From assembly GCA_963815195.1 (NCBI GenBank), contig CAWFGE010000017.1:288001-352000 (forward strand): a stretch of DNA of 64,000 nucleotides, given 5' to 3'. Source of the DNA: an uncultured Planctomycetaceae bacterium (GTDB lineage: Bacteria; Planctomycetota; Planctomycetia; Planctomycetales; Planctomycetaceae). The position numbers and the translations under genes are program-made. Of this stretch, positions 22,390-35,131 are shown piece after piece (the first letter of the stretch is position 1; each line of letters begins with the position of its first letter). The notes under the pieces were generated by a model. The model was not told the origin of the DNA and searched no databases. It saw nothing but the letters and a program-made list of their open reading frames with translations.

Positions 22390-22540
22390 GTAAATCCCCG
22401 CAACATCCGCAAGGTTTGCCGCACCGGAAAAATCCTCAAGATCAACGTCATCTTCGGCCGATGACCGATGGAGAGGCCATGTTGCTGAGCATCCGCCATG
22501 CGGACCCGGTCCGGGGCATTCAGCCAGAGGATTTTGCAAG

Positions 22541-23098
22541 ATGAAAGCCAAACCTCCTTCATCAAACACGAAACACCTCAAACATCAAAGACGGGGCTTT
22601 TACGCCTTGGCCTGGTGCCGGGATCATATCGTATTGCTGTCCGTGGTCCTGTTTTTTCCGCTCACGCTGGTGGGATTTTATTGGGGGAGTCCCGGGCCGG
22701 AAGACAATCCGCCGCCGAATTATCTCGCCTCCGAACCGGCGGATGAGGACGTTCACGCCGTCTTGCCTGTCGAGGAACCCGCACCGGCAGCCCTCGCCGA
22801 GTCACCCAAGCCCGATGCTCCGCCTTTGGAATCTGTGGAACCCCCGCCGCTGACGGAGACGGCTTTGCCCGTGGAACCTCTGCCCAATCCGGCGGCGGAT
22901 GGTTTCTCCGCCATCAATGTCAGCGAAGTCCCCGCGCTCGTCGGCGGACCGAACTTCCCGGCGATGTCTTCATCCGAAGCTCAGGACTTAAACTGCGTCT
23001 GGCTGACGGGAACGATCGAAGCGTTTCCCGCGGAGGATTCGCCCGTCCCGCAGCAAGCCGCCCGCGTCCATGTCTCCTTCCCGGCGAGTCGAAATTGA
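22541..23098 (+). CDS. Hypothetical single-pass membrane protein, Pro/Glu-rich
   Basis: One TM (IVLLSVVLFFPLTLVGFYW), low-complexity linker, short C-terminal VWLTGTIE motif. Confidence 0.65.
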   Translation: MKAKPPSSNTKHLKHQRRGFYALAWCRDHIVLLSVVLFFPLTLVGFYWGSPGPEDNPPPNYLASEPADEDVHAVLPVEEPAPAALAESPKPDAPPLESVEPPPLTETALPVEPLPNPAADGFSAINVSEVPALVGGPNFPAMSSSEAQDLNCVWLTGTIEAFPAEDSPVPQQAARVHVSFPASRN

Positions 23099-23140
23099 AC
23101 CCTCGCCAACGCCCACAGCCCCAAGAGCGGAATCGGCCTG

Positions 23141-23962
23141 ATGTATGAGCCCTATTGGAAACTGAGCGAACGGCCTTTCCAAAACGATTCCGTGCCCGAT
23201 TTCTTTTTCCGCGGGGAGACCCATCAGGCGGCCCTCTTAAAACTCCGCTACACCATCGAACATCGCCTCGGGGCGGCGATTCTCTCCGGCGGCGTGGGCT
23301 ACGGCAAAACCTTTTTGATCCAGACGCTGGCCGCGGAGCTTTCCGAAAGCTTCACGCCGGTGGTGCCTGTGATCTTTCCGCAATTCTCGCCGCCGGAACT
23401 TTTGGCCTGGCTCGCGGTGGAGTTGGGCGTGCCGGCCGAGGTCGCGGCCGAAAACCGGCTCGATCAGACGCTCCGCCGATTGGAAACCCAGCTTCGCCAG
23501 TTGACCGAAGCAGGCCGTTTCCCCACCATCATTATCGATGAGGCCCACACCATCGAATCGCCCGCCGTGCTGCAAACGTTCCAGCTTTTGCTCAACTATC
23601 AGCAGAGCCCGGCGATTCGCTTCACGCTGATTTTTGTGGGGGATCGGCCGCTGGTGAAACACATCGGCCGCTGGGCGGCGCTCGATGAGCGGATCCCCAT
23701 CCGGGCCGTGCTGGGTCCGCTCACGAAACAAGAAACCGCCGCCTACGTGAAACACCGCCTCGCCGTCGCCCGCCGCACCGAGCCCACGTTCGATGAGGGC
23801 GCGTTGACGGCGATCTTTGAACTCACCGGAGGCGTGCCCCGGCGGATCAACCGCATCTGCGACCTGGCCCTCCTGGTGGGTTACGCCGACGAACTCCCGC
23901 TGCTCACCGCCCAGGAAGTGGAAGCCGTCAGCGAGGAATTGCACATCGGTTTGACCGTGTGA
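23141..23962 (+). CDS. ExeA/GspA-family AAA ATPase
   Basis: MYEPYWKLSERPF, Walker A GGVGYGKT, IIIDEAH, GGVPRRINRICDLALL. Confidence 0.9.
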   Translation: MYEPYWKLSERPFQNDSVPDFFFRGETHQAALLKLRYTIEHRLGAAILSGGVGYGKTFLIQTLAAELSESFTPVVPVIFPQFSPPELLAWLAVELGVPAEVAAENRLDQTLRRLETQLRQLTEAGRFPTIIIDEAHTIESPAVLQTFQLLLNYQQSPAIRFTLIFVGDRPLVKHIGRWAALDERIPIRAVLGPLTKQETAAYVKHRLAVARRTEPTFDEGALTAIFELTGGVPRRINRICDLALLVGYADELPLLTAQEVEAVSEELHIGLTV

Positions 23963-23967
23963 CAAGA

Positions 23968-24048
23968 TGAGCGGCTGGGCGCTAGCCGCCGGTGTGGAAT
24001 TTTCGGATGTCCCTTCATCGGGACCGGCGGCTAGCGCCGGGCCGCTCA
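23968..24048. repeat. REP-like inverted pair between convergent genes (same family as 63744-63870)
   Basis: tgagcggctgggcgctagccgccggt ... accggcggctagcgccgggccgctca. Confidence 0.85.
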
Positions 24049-24065
24049 GATTTTTCAATTTCGTC

Positions 24066-24857
24066 TCAGATCATAAAGTCGGTTTCGCGGCCGAGGATGC
24101 GGTCGATGAGGTCCTGGTCGAAATCGAGGGCCGGGGCTCCGTCGCCGTCGATGTCGGTCGGGTTGATGCCGCAATAGACCGACCAAGGCCCCAAATGCCG
24201 CCAGCGTCCCGCGCGGTGCGGTTCGTTGGGCAAGACCGGCGTCGTGCAGCGGTTGCAGCCGATGGTCGAATACCCCTGGGCATGCAGCGGGTTGATGATC
24301 ACCTCGTTCTCCGCGATGTATTTCTCCAGGTCCTCGTTCGAGAAATTGACGAGCGGATTGATCCGCAGGCAGTTCATCTCGGTGTCGATCGCGAGGATCG
24401 GGCAGGTTTCCCGCCGGCCGCCGTCCGCCCGCCGAAGACTGCCGATGAGCGCATCGAACCGGCCCTTCTGCCTGAGCATCGGCTCGGTCTTCCGCATGTG
24501 GCAGCATTCCTTCTGGCCTTCGGGCGAGAGATAAAGCACGCCCACCTCGGCGGTTTGCTGTTCCATCGTCTTTTCGGGATGGAGCGTGATGATCTCCAGC
24601 CCATATTCTTGGATGAGCCGATCCCGCGTGTCGAGAGTTTCCTGAAACAACACGCCCGTATCGACGAACAGCACCGGCACCGGGACCGTCATCGAATGCA
24701 GCATATGGCAGACAACGTTCCCCGCCCGCTGCATCGAAGACAAAGCCGCGAGCCGATTTCCAAAAATCTCCCGCCCCCAGGCGATGAGTTCCTGAGGCGT
24801 GCGTTCTTCAAAGGTCTTGTTGAGTTCGGACAAATCGCCCTGCGTGAGTCGTGCCAT
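24066..24857 (-). CDS. cysH: (Phospho)adenylylsulfate reductase, Fe-S-binding APS reductase type
   Basis: [44 protein letters not shown]. Confidence 0.9.
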   Translation of the reverse strand: MARLTQGDLSELNKTFEERTPQELIAWGREIFGNRLAALSSMQRAGNVVCHMLHSMTVPVPVLFVDTGVLFQETLDTRDRLIQEYGLEIITLHPEKTMEQQTAEVGVLYLSPEGQKECCHMRKTEPMLRQKGRFDALIGSLRRADGGRRETCPILAIDTEMNCLRINPLVNFSNEDLEKYIAENEVIINPLHAQGYSTIGCNRCTTPVLPNEPHRAGRWRHLGPWSVYCGINPTDIDGDGAPALDFDQDLIDRILGRETDFMI

Positions 24858-25022
24858 CGTGGAAAAATTCCGGCTGAGTGATGTCTTTTTGTTGAGCCCC
24901 TGCGGGTTTCGGTGGGAATTTTAGCGAGATTCCCATTCAAGGCAACAACAGCCTGTGGCCATGAAAAAAGCGACCGCGGCCAGAGACCGCAGTCGCTTCA
25001 TGATTGTGGTTGTCGAAAAGGG

Positions 25023-26987
25023 CTACTTCACATCCCACCACCAGCGGCCTTCGGGAAGCTTGGGGGCCTGGATTTTGAGGTTGTCCAGGCGTTCGGACTC
25101 GCGGTAGATCTGGTCGTTTTTGACCACGGCGAGCAGATCGCCCCGCACGCCGCCGGCGACCTGCGTGATCACCTCCCGGCCGGGGTACACTTTGGAATTC
25201 ACGACCGACATGACCGATTTGGGCGGCTCGAACCTGGCGGTCTCGTAGGTGCCGCCCTCGGCGAACACGCCGTAACCGCGTTCGGTCTCGGCGATTAGGC
25301 GTTCCCGCAGCATCAAAGCCGCGACCAGGGACAGATCGAAGATGTTCTTCAAATCGGCGAACACCAGATCCCGCTGGGCCAGTTCCGCGTAATGCTGGGT
25401 GAAGTGCTGGGCGAAGAGCCGGTTGGTGGGCTCGGCTTTTCCCGTGTGGATGCGGTTGCCGTCTTTCTCGATGAGTTCGTTCTCGGACAGGCACTGCACC
25501 GAGGGGCCTTGGATTTCGAACACCGTCCGGCTCGGGCTGTGGAGGACGGCATCGTATTTCATCGTCATCCACCAGCGGAGGGCGTCGATTCTGGGCGGGT
25601 TCTTCTGGATGGCCTCGGGGGTGAGCAGATCGAAATAGCTGGGGATGTTCGGGCCGGCGTCGAGCTTGTCGATGCCGATGAGCTTCATGCGGTAGTCGGC
25701 TTCGAGGATCACGCGGGCCACGCGGGAATCGAGCGGGATGCCGTGAAACACCGCATCCTGGAGGCCCAGCGCGTCCTGGAATTTCTTGGCGTTGTTGTTG
25801 CGAGCGGCGGCTCCGGGGCCTAAGCCGCGGGCGTTGGCGCGGGCCACGACCTCGGAGAGATTCTTGAGGCCTTCTTTGCGGGGCACGATCAGGCAGTCGA
25901 AGAACTGCCCGCCCGTCGGGGAGAAGGTCCGCATCACGGTCACAAAGTCGTCGAGCTGCATCGTCGGCCGGCCGGTGGTCGTGCCCACGGGCAGGCCCGT
26001 GTCGTTATATTTCCAGCCTTCGGCAGGGCCGGCGATCATGAGTTCCCGCGTCTTCGGATCGACGAACACATATTGGATCGCCTGGAGGCCCGCGAGGTGT
26101 TTCATGGTCGTGAGGACGGGTTGGCCGAGTTCCAGGCGGCGGGCGATCTCGGCTTCCAGGCGCGTGACGGAGACGACCCGCATTTTGCTGGGCTGGGCCA
26201 TGTCGTCGTTGAGGTCGGCCTGGCGGGCTTTGATGCCCAGATCCTCGAGCCGGCCTTCAAAATCCTGCTGGCTGAGCATGCCCAGTTGACCGTTGGGATC
26301 GACGCGGACGCCCGTCTGGTATTGCGACATCGAGCCGCCCGTGCCGTCGACGGCGACCCACGGCCCCGACGATTCATTCTGGATCAAATTAATGAGGGGT
26401 TGGAAATTCGCCATCGAGCCGCCGCCGGCGAGGCTTTGCTGCCTGGCCCGTTCGCCTTGGGCTTCGCCCCGTAATTCGGGAATGGGAATCCGGCGGATGG
26501 CGTGCATCGCCCCGTCGAATTCGCCCGCTTGAATCTGGGCGTCGGCGACGATCCGCAACAGCTCGGCCCGTTCGCGGACGTTGGCGGCTTTCTGGGCCAC
26601 ATCCATCGCCAGGCCGAACTCGCCCGCCGCGGTGTGGGCCTTCACACGATCCAAGGCCGAGGGTTCGGGTGAAGCCGGTTCCAAAGCGGGGGCCTTCGCT
26701 TCGGCGACGGCTTGCGGGGCGGGCTGTTCGTCCCGAACCGCCGGTGCGACAATGTTTTGCCGCACCGAAACCGCCGGCGTTGCGAGGTTCGTTTGGGCTG
26801 CCTGAGAAACCGCGGGAGCGGGAGAGTCCGCAGCCGCAGACGCCGGCCGCACGTGGGGATTTTCGGAGGAATCGAACGCCAGATACGTCGCCGCCGCGAC
26901 CAAACCAAACGCCGCCACGGCCGTTCCCACGACCACGCCGGTGTTGCCCCGCCGAGTGTTGCGTCGATTCCCCTGTCCGCGCGCCAT
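25023..26987 (-). CDS. DUF1598 domain protein
   Basis: N-terminal TM, LAGLQAIQYVFVDP, IAGPAEGW, ARVILEADYRMKLIG, LKNIFDLSLVAAL, VAGGV, RWWWD. Confidence 0.8.
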   Translation of the reverse strand: MARGQGNRRNTRRGNTGVVVGTAVAAFGLVAAATYLAFDSSENPHVRPASAAADSPAPAVSQAAQTNLATPAVSVRQNIVAPAVRDEQPAPQAVAEAKAPALEPASPEPSALDRVKAHTAAGEFGLAMDVAQKAANVRERAELLRIVADAQIQAGEFDGAMHAIRRIPIPELRGEAQGERARQQSLAGGGSMANFQPLINLIQNESSGPWVAVDGTGGSMSQYQTGVRVDPNGQLGMLSQQDFEGRLEDLGIKARQADLNDDMAQPSKMRVVSVTRLEAEIARRLELGQPVLTTMKHLAGLQAIQYVFVDPKTRELMIAGPAEGWKYNDTGLPVGTTTGRPTMQLDDFVTVMRTFSPTGGQFFDCLIVPRKEGLKNLSEVVARANARGLGPGAAARNNNAKKFQDALGLQDAVFHGIPLDSRVARVILEADYRMKLIGIDKLDAGPNIPSYFDLLTPEAIQKNPPRIDALRWWMTMKYDAVLHSPSRTVFEIQGPSVQCLSENELIEKDGNRIHTGKAEPTNRLFAQHFTQHYAELAQRDLVFADLKNIFDLSLVAALMLRERLIAETERGYGVFAEGGTYETARFEPPKSVMSVVNSKVYPGREVITQVAGGVRGDLLAVVKNDQIYRESERLDNLKIQAPKLPEGRWWWDVK

Positions 26988-27344
26988 GACCATCTCCCCA
27001 AGATTGAACCGAAAAACTGCGATCTGCACTAAAAATAATGCAGCCGGTTCGGAAAATCGTTCAAATTGTCGTAAGATTCCCGAGAATCTGATCGAAAAAT
27101 CAGTTCATTTCGCGGAGAATCTCACAAACCCCAATGCATATTAGCATCCCCCCTCGAAGGGGCAGCGTCAAGCATATTTCCAGATTTCTTATCCTACCCA
27201 GTTTCCCAAATGGCGAATTCAGGGAATTCGGGTCGGTCAAGACAAGCCTCTACCCCGAACCGTAAGCGAGAGTTCGTGTAACTTTAACTCTTGCTTGCGT
27301 TTCGGGCCGATGGCATATTCATTTCAATAGATGAGGACGCGGAC

Positions 27345-28196
27345 ATGCCGGAGTTGCCGGAAGTGGAGACGATGGTGCGGGGCATCCGCTCGCAGGTGCA
27401 GGGCGCTTGGATTGCCGGCCTCTTCAAATGCCGGTGTGCGTGCAAGCCGATCAACATTCGCCCAGGTTGGCCCACGATTCGGCGAAAAGCCAAGGGCCAA
27501 GAGATCGTTTCCGTCCGCCGGCTGGCGAAGCGGGTCGTGCTGGAATTGTCGTCGGGCGATTCGTTTGTGATCGAGCCTCGCATGACGGGTTTGATGCTTC
27601 TGGAGAATCCGCCGGACCGCGAACATTTGCGGATCGAATGGCGATTGAACCAGAACGGCACGCCGCGGTATTTGTGGTTTTGGGATCGGCGGGGTTTGGG
27701 GACGCTCCGGCTGTATTCGGCGGAGGAGATGCAGGTTCACTTGGGGCCGGACAAGTTGGGCCCCGATGCCCTCGCCATGACGCCCGGCGACTGGAAAGCC
27801 GCGTGCCGGCAAACCGCGCGGCCGATCAAGGTGGCGCTGCTCGATCAGAAAATTGTGGCGGGGATTGGAAACATCTATGCCAGCGAGATTCTCCACCGGG
27901 CCGGCCTTTCGCCCCAAACGCCGGCCTCTGAACTGGACGAGTCCGCGTTCGGGCCGTTGGCCGACGCGGCGAAGATCGTGCTCCTGCGGGCGATCGCGGC
28001 GGAGGGTTCCACGCTGGGCGACGGCACCTACCGCAACGCCCTCAATCAGAACGGGAGCTACCAGAACGAGCACCGCGTCTATCAAAAACAGGGCGAAGAA
28101 TGCCGGACTTGCGGAACAGGCATCATCGAACGCATCGTGCAAACCCAGCGGGCCACCTTCTTCTGCCCCGTCTGCCAAAGCTTTCCCAAAGGGTAA
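27345..28196 (+). CDS. mutM: Formamidopyrimidine-DNA glycosylase
   Basis: [26 protein letters not shown], zinc finger CRTC...CPVC. Confidence 0.97.
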   Translation: MPELPEVETMVRGIRSQVQGAWIAGLFKCRCACKPINIRPGWPTIRRKAKGQEIVSVRRLAKRVVLELSSGDSFVIEPRMTGLMLLENPPDREHLRIEWRLNQNGTPRYLWFWDRRGLGTLRLYSAEEMQVHLGPDKLGPDALAMTPGDWKAACRQTARPIKVALLDQKIVAGIGNIYASEILHRAGLSPQTPASELDESAFGPLADAAKIVLLRAIAAEGSTLGDGTYRNALNQNGSYQNEHRVYQKQGEECRTCGTGIIERIVQTQRATFFCPVCQSFPKG

Positions 28197-28203
28197 CCGG
28201 CTC

Positions 28204-28212
28204 TGGTATAAT
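28204..28212 (+). promoter_or_regulatory. Extended -10 element upstream of histidine kinase
   Basis: TGGTATAAT matches TGn-TATAAT exactly. Confidence 0.5.
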
Positions 28213-28365
28213 CACCACGAAAAGTTAACAGGAAGAATCGAAATGACGATCGAACCCATTCCATTCGGCCCTCCCTCTCTTTGCCCCTTTGCGGCCTCTG
28301 GGGCCTTTGCTCCTCCGCCGAATTTGCTCTTTACCTGACCGGCGTCTTCGTGGTTTAGTACCGTT

Positions 28366-30138
<1,773 letters not shown>

Positions 30139-30213
30139 CCCCGCTTCGCGGGAAGTCCCAATGACCAAATCCCAATAGGAATGCACGCTGGATTCGCCTG
30201 AAGAGAATCGACC

Positions 30214-30840
30214 ATGAGCACCCTAGAACAATCTTCGACGATCACCCGGGAATGGAACGGCACTTTGATGACGCCGGAGGAATATGACGCCGCGTCCGAT
30301 TGGGACGAGGAATATGCTTACGAACTCATCAATGGAGTGTTGATCGTGACGCCTTCCCTCTCGGGCGGCGAACGGGGCCCGAGCGATTTATTGGGCCACC
30401 TGCTCATGCAGTATCAAGAGAGCCATCCACAAGGCTCCCACTTAAACTTTACGCTGCCGGAACACACATTGGCGACGGGGGACAATCGCCGGCGAGCCGA
30501 CCGCGTGATCTGGTGCGGATTCGATCACGATCCGGATTTGATGCGCGATGTTCCCTCGATTGTGATCGAGATCGTCTCCGCCGACCGCCGGGACCGGCAG
30601 CGGGATTATGAAACCAGGCGGGTCGAGCATTCACAAATCGGCGTCCGGGAATACTGGATCATCGACCGCTTCCACAGGCGGATCACTCAGGTGCGGTTCG
30701 CCGAGGAAGGCGAAACCGAAACGACCCTCGAAGAAGTCGCGACCCTGACTCCGCCTTTGCTTCCCGGCTTTGGATTGCCGCTCGCGCGGCTGTTCGCGGT
30801 CGCCGACCGCTGCACGCGACCCGCCGCTTCGGACGATTGA
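30214..30840 (+). CDS. Uma2 (DUF820) family endonuclease
   Basis: YELINGVL, RRADRVIW, PSIVIEIVS, GVREYWIID, LLPGF. Confidence 0.88.
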   Translation: MSTLEQSSTITREWNGTLMTPEEYDAASDWDEEYAYELINGVLIVTPSLSGGERGPSDLLGHLLMQYQESHPQGSHLNFTLPEHTLATGDNRRRADRVIWCGFDHDPDLMRDVPSIVIEIVSADRRDRQRDYETRRVEHSQIGVREYWIIDRFHRRITQVRFAEEGETETTLEEVATLTPPLLPGFGLPLARLFAVADRCTRPAASDD

Positions 30841-31289
30841 CCCGTGAATCCCTCTCGCCCGAAATGCGTCCCGGCCGGCAAGCAACCGGGGCCATGCTCG
30901 GGCAGCCTTAAGTGGAGACCGGACCTGTCGATGCGGCGAAAAATCGGCTTGTGGCGCAATTCAGTCCCTTTAGTGTAGAGGGGCTTAACTATGGGGACGC
31001 CACAAACGTGGGTTTCCGGTCCGCCGGCCACTTTGCTGCGGCAGCCCAGGCAGCGAAGCACGATTCGAATCACAAGGCGAGACCGGAATCGAGACTGTCC
31101 TCCTCCCCAACAGCGGCCCCTCACCGGATATCCGGGCCGGGATTTGGTTCCTACTCAAAAAAGCCCAAATCCTGGCGACACGCCGGCCGAGGTTTTCAAA
31201 AAAGCTCAAAGCCGGCGTCAAAATCCGAACGGTGGCCGCACCGCCGCGCCTCATCCGCGCGCCCGGTGCGGTTTTTGTTGGGCCAGGAA

Positions 31290-31505
31290 TTACTTCTTCT
31301 CCAACAACATCGCCAGCGTTTTCTCGATGCGGTCTTGGCGGGTTGTCTCTCGCTTGGCTTCCGCGATCCAGACGATATATTCCCGCTGATGCGACGGCGG
31401 CAGATTGTCAAAGGCCTCGCGGGCGGCGGGATTCGTGCGGAATGCTTTCTCCAGGTCCGCGGGAATCGAAACTTTCGCTTGCCCGGGATGGGATTTGTCT
31501 AGCAT
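31290..31505 (-). CDS. Small YdeI/OmpD-associated family protein
   Basis: IPADLEKAF...AREAFDNLPPSHQREYIVWIAEAKRETTRQDRIEK. Confidence 0.8.
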   Translation of the reverse strand: MLDKSHPGQAKVSIPADLEKAFRTNPAAREAFDNLPPSHQREYIVWIAEAKRETTRQDRIEKTLAMLLEKK

Positions 31506-31662
31506 TGCAAAACGCCTCCAGAGGATTCAGGGGACGAGCCGAGACGCGACGTGTTCCGGGCAAAAGAGAATGGTACGCCGGGCTCTACGGCGTTCGATGT
31601 GATCGGGCGGTTTTCCAGGAATCCCTCGCAATGCAAATCGAAAATTCGGCGGTCGTGATCCA

Positions 31663-31695
31663 ACAGAATCATGGTTCACAAAATCATGATACTGT
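31663..31695. repeat. Partial copy of the 22332 palindrome
   Basis: acagaatcatggttcacaaaatca is identical to the left arm at 22337-22360. Confidence 0.8.
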
Positions 31696-31836
31696 GAAGG
31701 GGGGCAAATAGGCAAACTTTTCCGTCAGATTGGCATTGCGTGCCCGGCGATCTTGACTAAACTTCCGCCCCCTCGTTTCGAGGGACCTCTCTCTTTCCCA
31801 TCACCTCAATCAACTCTTCGACTTCCGGGGTCCATC

Positions 31837-33084
31837 ATGCGCTGGGGTTGGTCCGCTGCCGTTGTGTTCGCTCTTATTACGCCATTTTTGCCGTCCGGCC
31901 GGGCGGGGGATTCCGACGAATCAGGTTGCTTTCTCATCGAAGAAGCCTTGGACCGCTGGGAGCACGCGTCCGCGGGTTTGATGGGCGTCGGGCCCATGGA
32001 AGACCGCCGGTTGTTTTATTTTTATGGCCGGCACCGCTCCGCGCACGAAATCGCTTTGGTGAACGAATTTCGCGGCCCGGTCTCGGCGGCGGATTTGCAA
32101 AAGCGGTTTGAGTGGACCCTTCGGCAGGCCGGGAAAAACGTTGTGATGGTCGGTGTTCCCACGGATGTTGTGGAAAGGCTGTTTTACAAGCGGTGCGAAG
32201 TCACGCTCGATCCCAAAACCCATTTGCCTCGGGCCGTTCGGTTTGCCGAGCCGGGCCGGAACCGGATGTCCGAGCCGCTAGCAGTCGTGGCAAGTCCTCG
32301 CTACGAAGAACCCCGGCGGTTTGAGCCGGCCGCGCCCCTCCATCCGGTGCAAGCCGCCTCGCGCGAGGGGCATCTCCCCAGGCCTTCGCCCTTGAAGGTG
32401 GCCGAACATGTTGTCCTAAAACCGGTCCCCGAACCTCATTTCCCGGCGGACCTTCGGCAGATCCTCAGGACTTGGGAAACCGCCGGCCGCGAAGTGCAAT
32501 CCCTCAAGGCCCGCGTCCAATGCTCCACCTACGACCATCACGCCCAGATTGAGCACCGGTCGGAGGGCGAGTTGACGTACTCCGCTCGCGGCGTCCGCTG
32601 CACGCTCAAGCCCGCGAAATTGTCGCCGAACCAAACGAGCGCCCGCACGGCAGCCGACGGCAGTCCGTACCAACTGTCGCCCGCGCCGGCCGAGCACTGG
32701 GAGTCCGCGCCTCGGGAAATCCGGCTGGCGTCGCATCAGAAACAACCGCAAGAAGCGGACGTTCCGGCGGCACCGCTGCTGTTCCCGGGGTCCGTCGGGC
32801 ACCTGGCGGAGCGATTTCAGATTCAGGCGACGCAGGCACCGCACGCGGATTCGCGCTTCCAGCGGATCCAGTTCCTGCCCCGGCAAAATGGCGATTGTGA
32901 AATGGAGATCCTCTTAGAGACATCCACCGGACTGCCGCGGGCCGTGAAACTCGTCGGTCCCGCCCACGACCAGGAACGGGTGTTTGCCTTCGATTACACC
33001 GAGATCAACCGCCAAACGCGGCCTCTCCAAAGCGAGACGCCGAAACGCGAACCCGCGCCCACCGACCTGCACGGGCAACCGTGA
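31837..33084 (+). CDS. Exported protein with two LolA-like (TIGR03009-like) domains
   Basis: Signal peptide; internal duplication LDRWEHAS/LRTWETAG, LQKRF/LAERF, LDPKTHLPRAVRF/LETSTGLPRAVKL. Confidence 0.55.
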   Translation: MRWGWSAAVVFALITPFLPSGRAGDSDESGCFLIEEALDRWEHASAGLMGVGPMEDRRLFYFYGRHRSAHEIALVNEFRGPVSAADLQKRFEWTLRQAGKNVVMVGVPTDVVERLFYKRCEVTLDPKTHLPRAVRFAEPGRNRMSEPLAVVASPRYEEPRRFEPAAPLHPVQAASREGHLPRPSPLKVAEHVVLKPVPEPHFPADLRQILRTWETAGREVQSLKARVQCSTYDHHAQIEHRSEGELTYSARGVRCTLKPAKLSPNQTSARTAADGSPYQLSPAPAEHWESAPREIRLASHQKQPQEADVPAAPLLFPGSVGHLAERFQIQATQAPHADSRFQRIQFLPRQNGDCEMEILLETSTGLPRAVKLVGPAHDQERVFAFDYTEINRQTRPLQSETPKREPAPTDLHGQP

Positions 33085-33116
33085 CTGGTTCGACAAGGGC
33101 ACGAAGTGAAAATCGA

Positions 33117-33197
33117 AAAGTGCAAAGTGCAAAGTGCAAAGTGCAAAGTGCAAAGTGCAAAAGGGATGCACGTTGCACTTTTCATTTTGCATTTCTC
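33117..33197. repeat. Heptamer tandem repeat (AAAGTGC)x6 followed by degenerate inverted copies
   Basis: aaagtgc at 33117-33158, then gcacttt tcatttt gcatttc. Confidence 0.9.
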
Positions 33198-33463
33198 GCA
33201 AAGCCGCAGGCGATGCAAAGATGCCTCGCCGGTGTTCAGTAGACACCTTGCAACCGGCTTTTTCGGCAGAATCCGCATAATCCGCACATTTTACGTTTTT
33301 GCTCCTGTTTTGCTCCAAGTCGCCTTTCCCGCCGAACCGATATTTCCGTTATGACCGATCGTCTCGCGCCTTGACGTACCCCGCCGGGCGGAAGCCAAGG
33401 CGGGGAGACGCGTGACATCGGGGGATTCGAACGTTGGCCCGCAGGACGACCAGGAACCCAAGC

Positions 33464-35131
33464 ATGACCGCCCGATTCTCATTGTCCGTTCTCGCGGCCG
33501 CCTGTCTGGCGTGGCCGGCCGCTGCGTCCGCCCAAGGATATTCCCAGCCGGCCCCGGCCTATGCTCCACCTCCGCAAGGGTATCCTCCACAGGGATATGC
33601 TCCACAGGGATACGCTCCACAGGGATATGCTCCGGAAGGGTATCCCCAGGGAAGCTCCCCGGGCGGATTCGTGCCGCAGGCGGGTCCGGCGCAGTTTGCC
33701 GGTGCGTATGCTCCCACGCCGGGAGTGGACATGTATGGAGCCGAGGCCGCCGCTCCGACGATGTATCAGCCGGGACCTATGCCCTGGGAACGCGGGGGGA
33801 ATACGCCCTTTCGCCAATTCGCGACCGACGTTTTGCCTAACACGTATTTCCGGGTCGAGTATCTCTCCTGGAGCCTGGACGATGTCGGCTCCCGGGCCTT
33901 GGGGGCTCCGACATTGTTGCAAAACGGCGACGTGCTCCATCCGATCCCGCAGGCGGTGTTTGATACGGACCTCTTTACCGCGCGGAATCTGAACGTCCCC
34001 CGCACCGGGCCTTTCAGCTTCAACAAAACGTCGGGTGCCCGGGTCACCTGGGGAATCCCGCTCACGTTTGGGGACTTGGAATTCAGCGGGTTCGCATTGG
34101 AGGAAAACAAGGACGGCCTTTTGAACAGCATTCCGGGCCGGGCCATCCCCACGAACTTCGTGGTGCCGGGCGGAACGGTCTTGACCGTGCCGGCGACGGT
34201 TCCGACCTTGACCTTTCCCGTCGGCGTCACCACCACGGCCGTGCCCATGACGACGGTGCGGGTTTTTTCGCCCCCGGCGACCGCCGGAAACCCGGTGACG
34301 CTGCCCGTGGGCCTGTTCGACACCATCCTGCCGGGCACCACGCTCCAGATTCCCACCTCGAACGCGATCGCGATCCCGCTCCTGCAGAACGGGCAAAAGA
34401 GCACGACCGCCTTGATTTACAACCTGTCTTACAAGGCGTCCTATCACAGCCAGCTCTGGGGCACCGAAGCGAAATTGGTGCTCGACGTGGGGCCGGACCA
34501 CGACGGGATGACGATGAAACCCCTCGTCGGATTTCGCTATTTGAACTTTGACGAGCAGTTCCGGCAGGTGGGCGTCACGAACTATGCCACGAACATCGTC
34601 CGCACCACGCCGCTGTATGTCGGCTCCACGCCCGCGTTCTTGCCGCCGGGACAATCCGTCTCGCTCTTCGGACCGGTCCGGCAAAGCATCATCGATTCGA
34701 CGGCGCAGAATAACTTGTACGGATTGCAACTGGGAACGCGGATGGAATACGAATACAAGCGGCTGGCTTTGGGCCTCGATCCGCGAGTTTCGCTGGGCGT
34801 CAACCATTATGAAACCCAAGTCACCACGACCAACCTCCGCAGTCTTGCCGACGGCCGTCACCGGACTCGCGACAACGAACTGATTTTCTCCCCCGTGTTC
34901 GACGTGTCGATGTACGGACGATTGCGGGTCACGCCTTACTTTTCGCTGCACGCGGGCTACAACTTCACGTATCTCTTCCGCGTGACGCGGCCGGTCGACA
35001 ACATTGTCTATAACGACAACGGCCCCGCCGCGGCGCCCGGAGTCGTCGTGGACCCGAAAACCGGATCCGTCAGCCTCCAAGGTCTGACCGTGGGCGGCGA
35101 AATTCGCTTCCGCGACTTGAAATTCCGCTAA
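33464..35131 (+). CDS. Outer-membrane beta-barrel protein, BBP7/DUF1551-like, with N-terminal PQGY repeats
   Basis: Signal peptide, (A/P)PQGY repeats, YFRVEYLSW, VGFRYLNFDEQF, NNLYGLQLG, AGYNFTYL, QGLTVGGEIRF. Confidence 0.7.
   Translation: MTARFSLSVLAAACLAWPAAASAQGYSQPAPAYAPPPQGYPPQGYAPQGYAPQGYAPEGYPQGSSPGGFVPQAGPAQFAGAYAPTPGVDMYGAEAAAPTMYQPGPMPWERGGNTPFRQFATDVLPNTYFRVEYLSWSLDDVGSRALGAPTLLQNGDVLHPIPQAVFDTDLFTARNLNVPRTGPFSFNKTSGARVTWGIPLTFGDLEFSGFALEENKDGLLNSIPGRAIPTNFVVPGGTVLTVPATVPTLTFPVGVTTTAVPMTTVRVFSPPATAGNPVTLPVGLFDTILPGTTLQIPTSNAIAIPLLQNGQKSTTALIYNLSYKASYHSQLWGTEAKLVLDVGPDHDGMTMKPLVGFRYLNFDEQFRQVGVTNYATNIVRTTPLYVGSTPAFLPPGQSVSLFGPVRQSIIDSTAQNNLYGLQLGTRMEYEYKRLALGLDPRVSLGVNHYETQVTTTNLRSLADGRHRTRDNELIFSPVFDVSMYGRLRVTPYFSLHAGYNFTYLFRVTRPVDNIVYNDNGPAAAPGVVVDPKTGSVSLQGLTVGGEIRFRDLKFR

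Noticed and set aside
22436..22464. TCAAG-N16-GCCGAT as a sigma-28-type promoter (similar strings near 33315 and 36265)
   Set aside because: Too degenerate to support in GC-rich DNA without TSS data
30214..30840. Uma2 nuclease as part of a defence or mobile island
   Set aside because: Stand-alone gene with no methylase, integrase or other defence genes adjacent; the family is commonly multi-copy
32914..33354. Small ORFs with CTLHFAL or KCKVQSA repeats
   Set aside because: Translations of the AAAGTGC microsatellite
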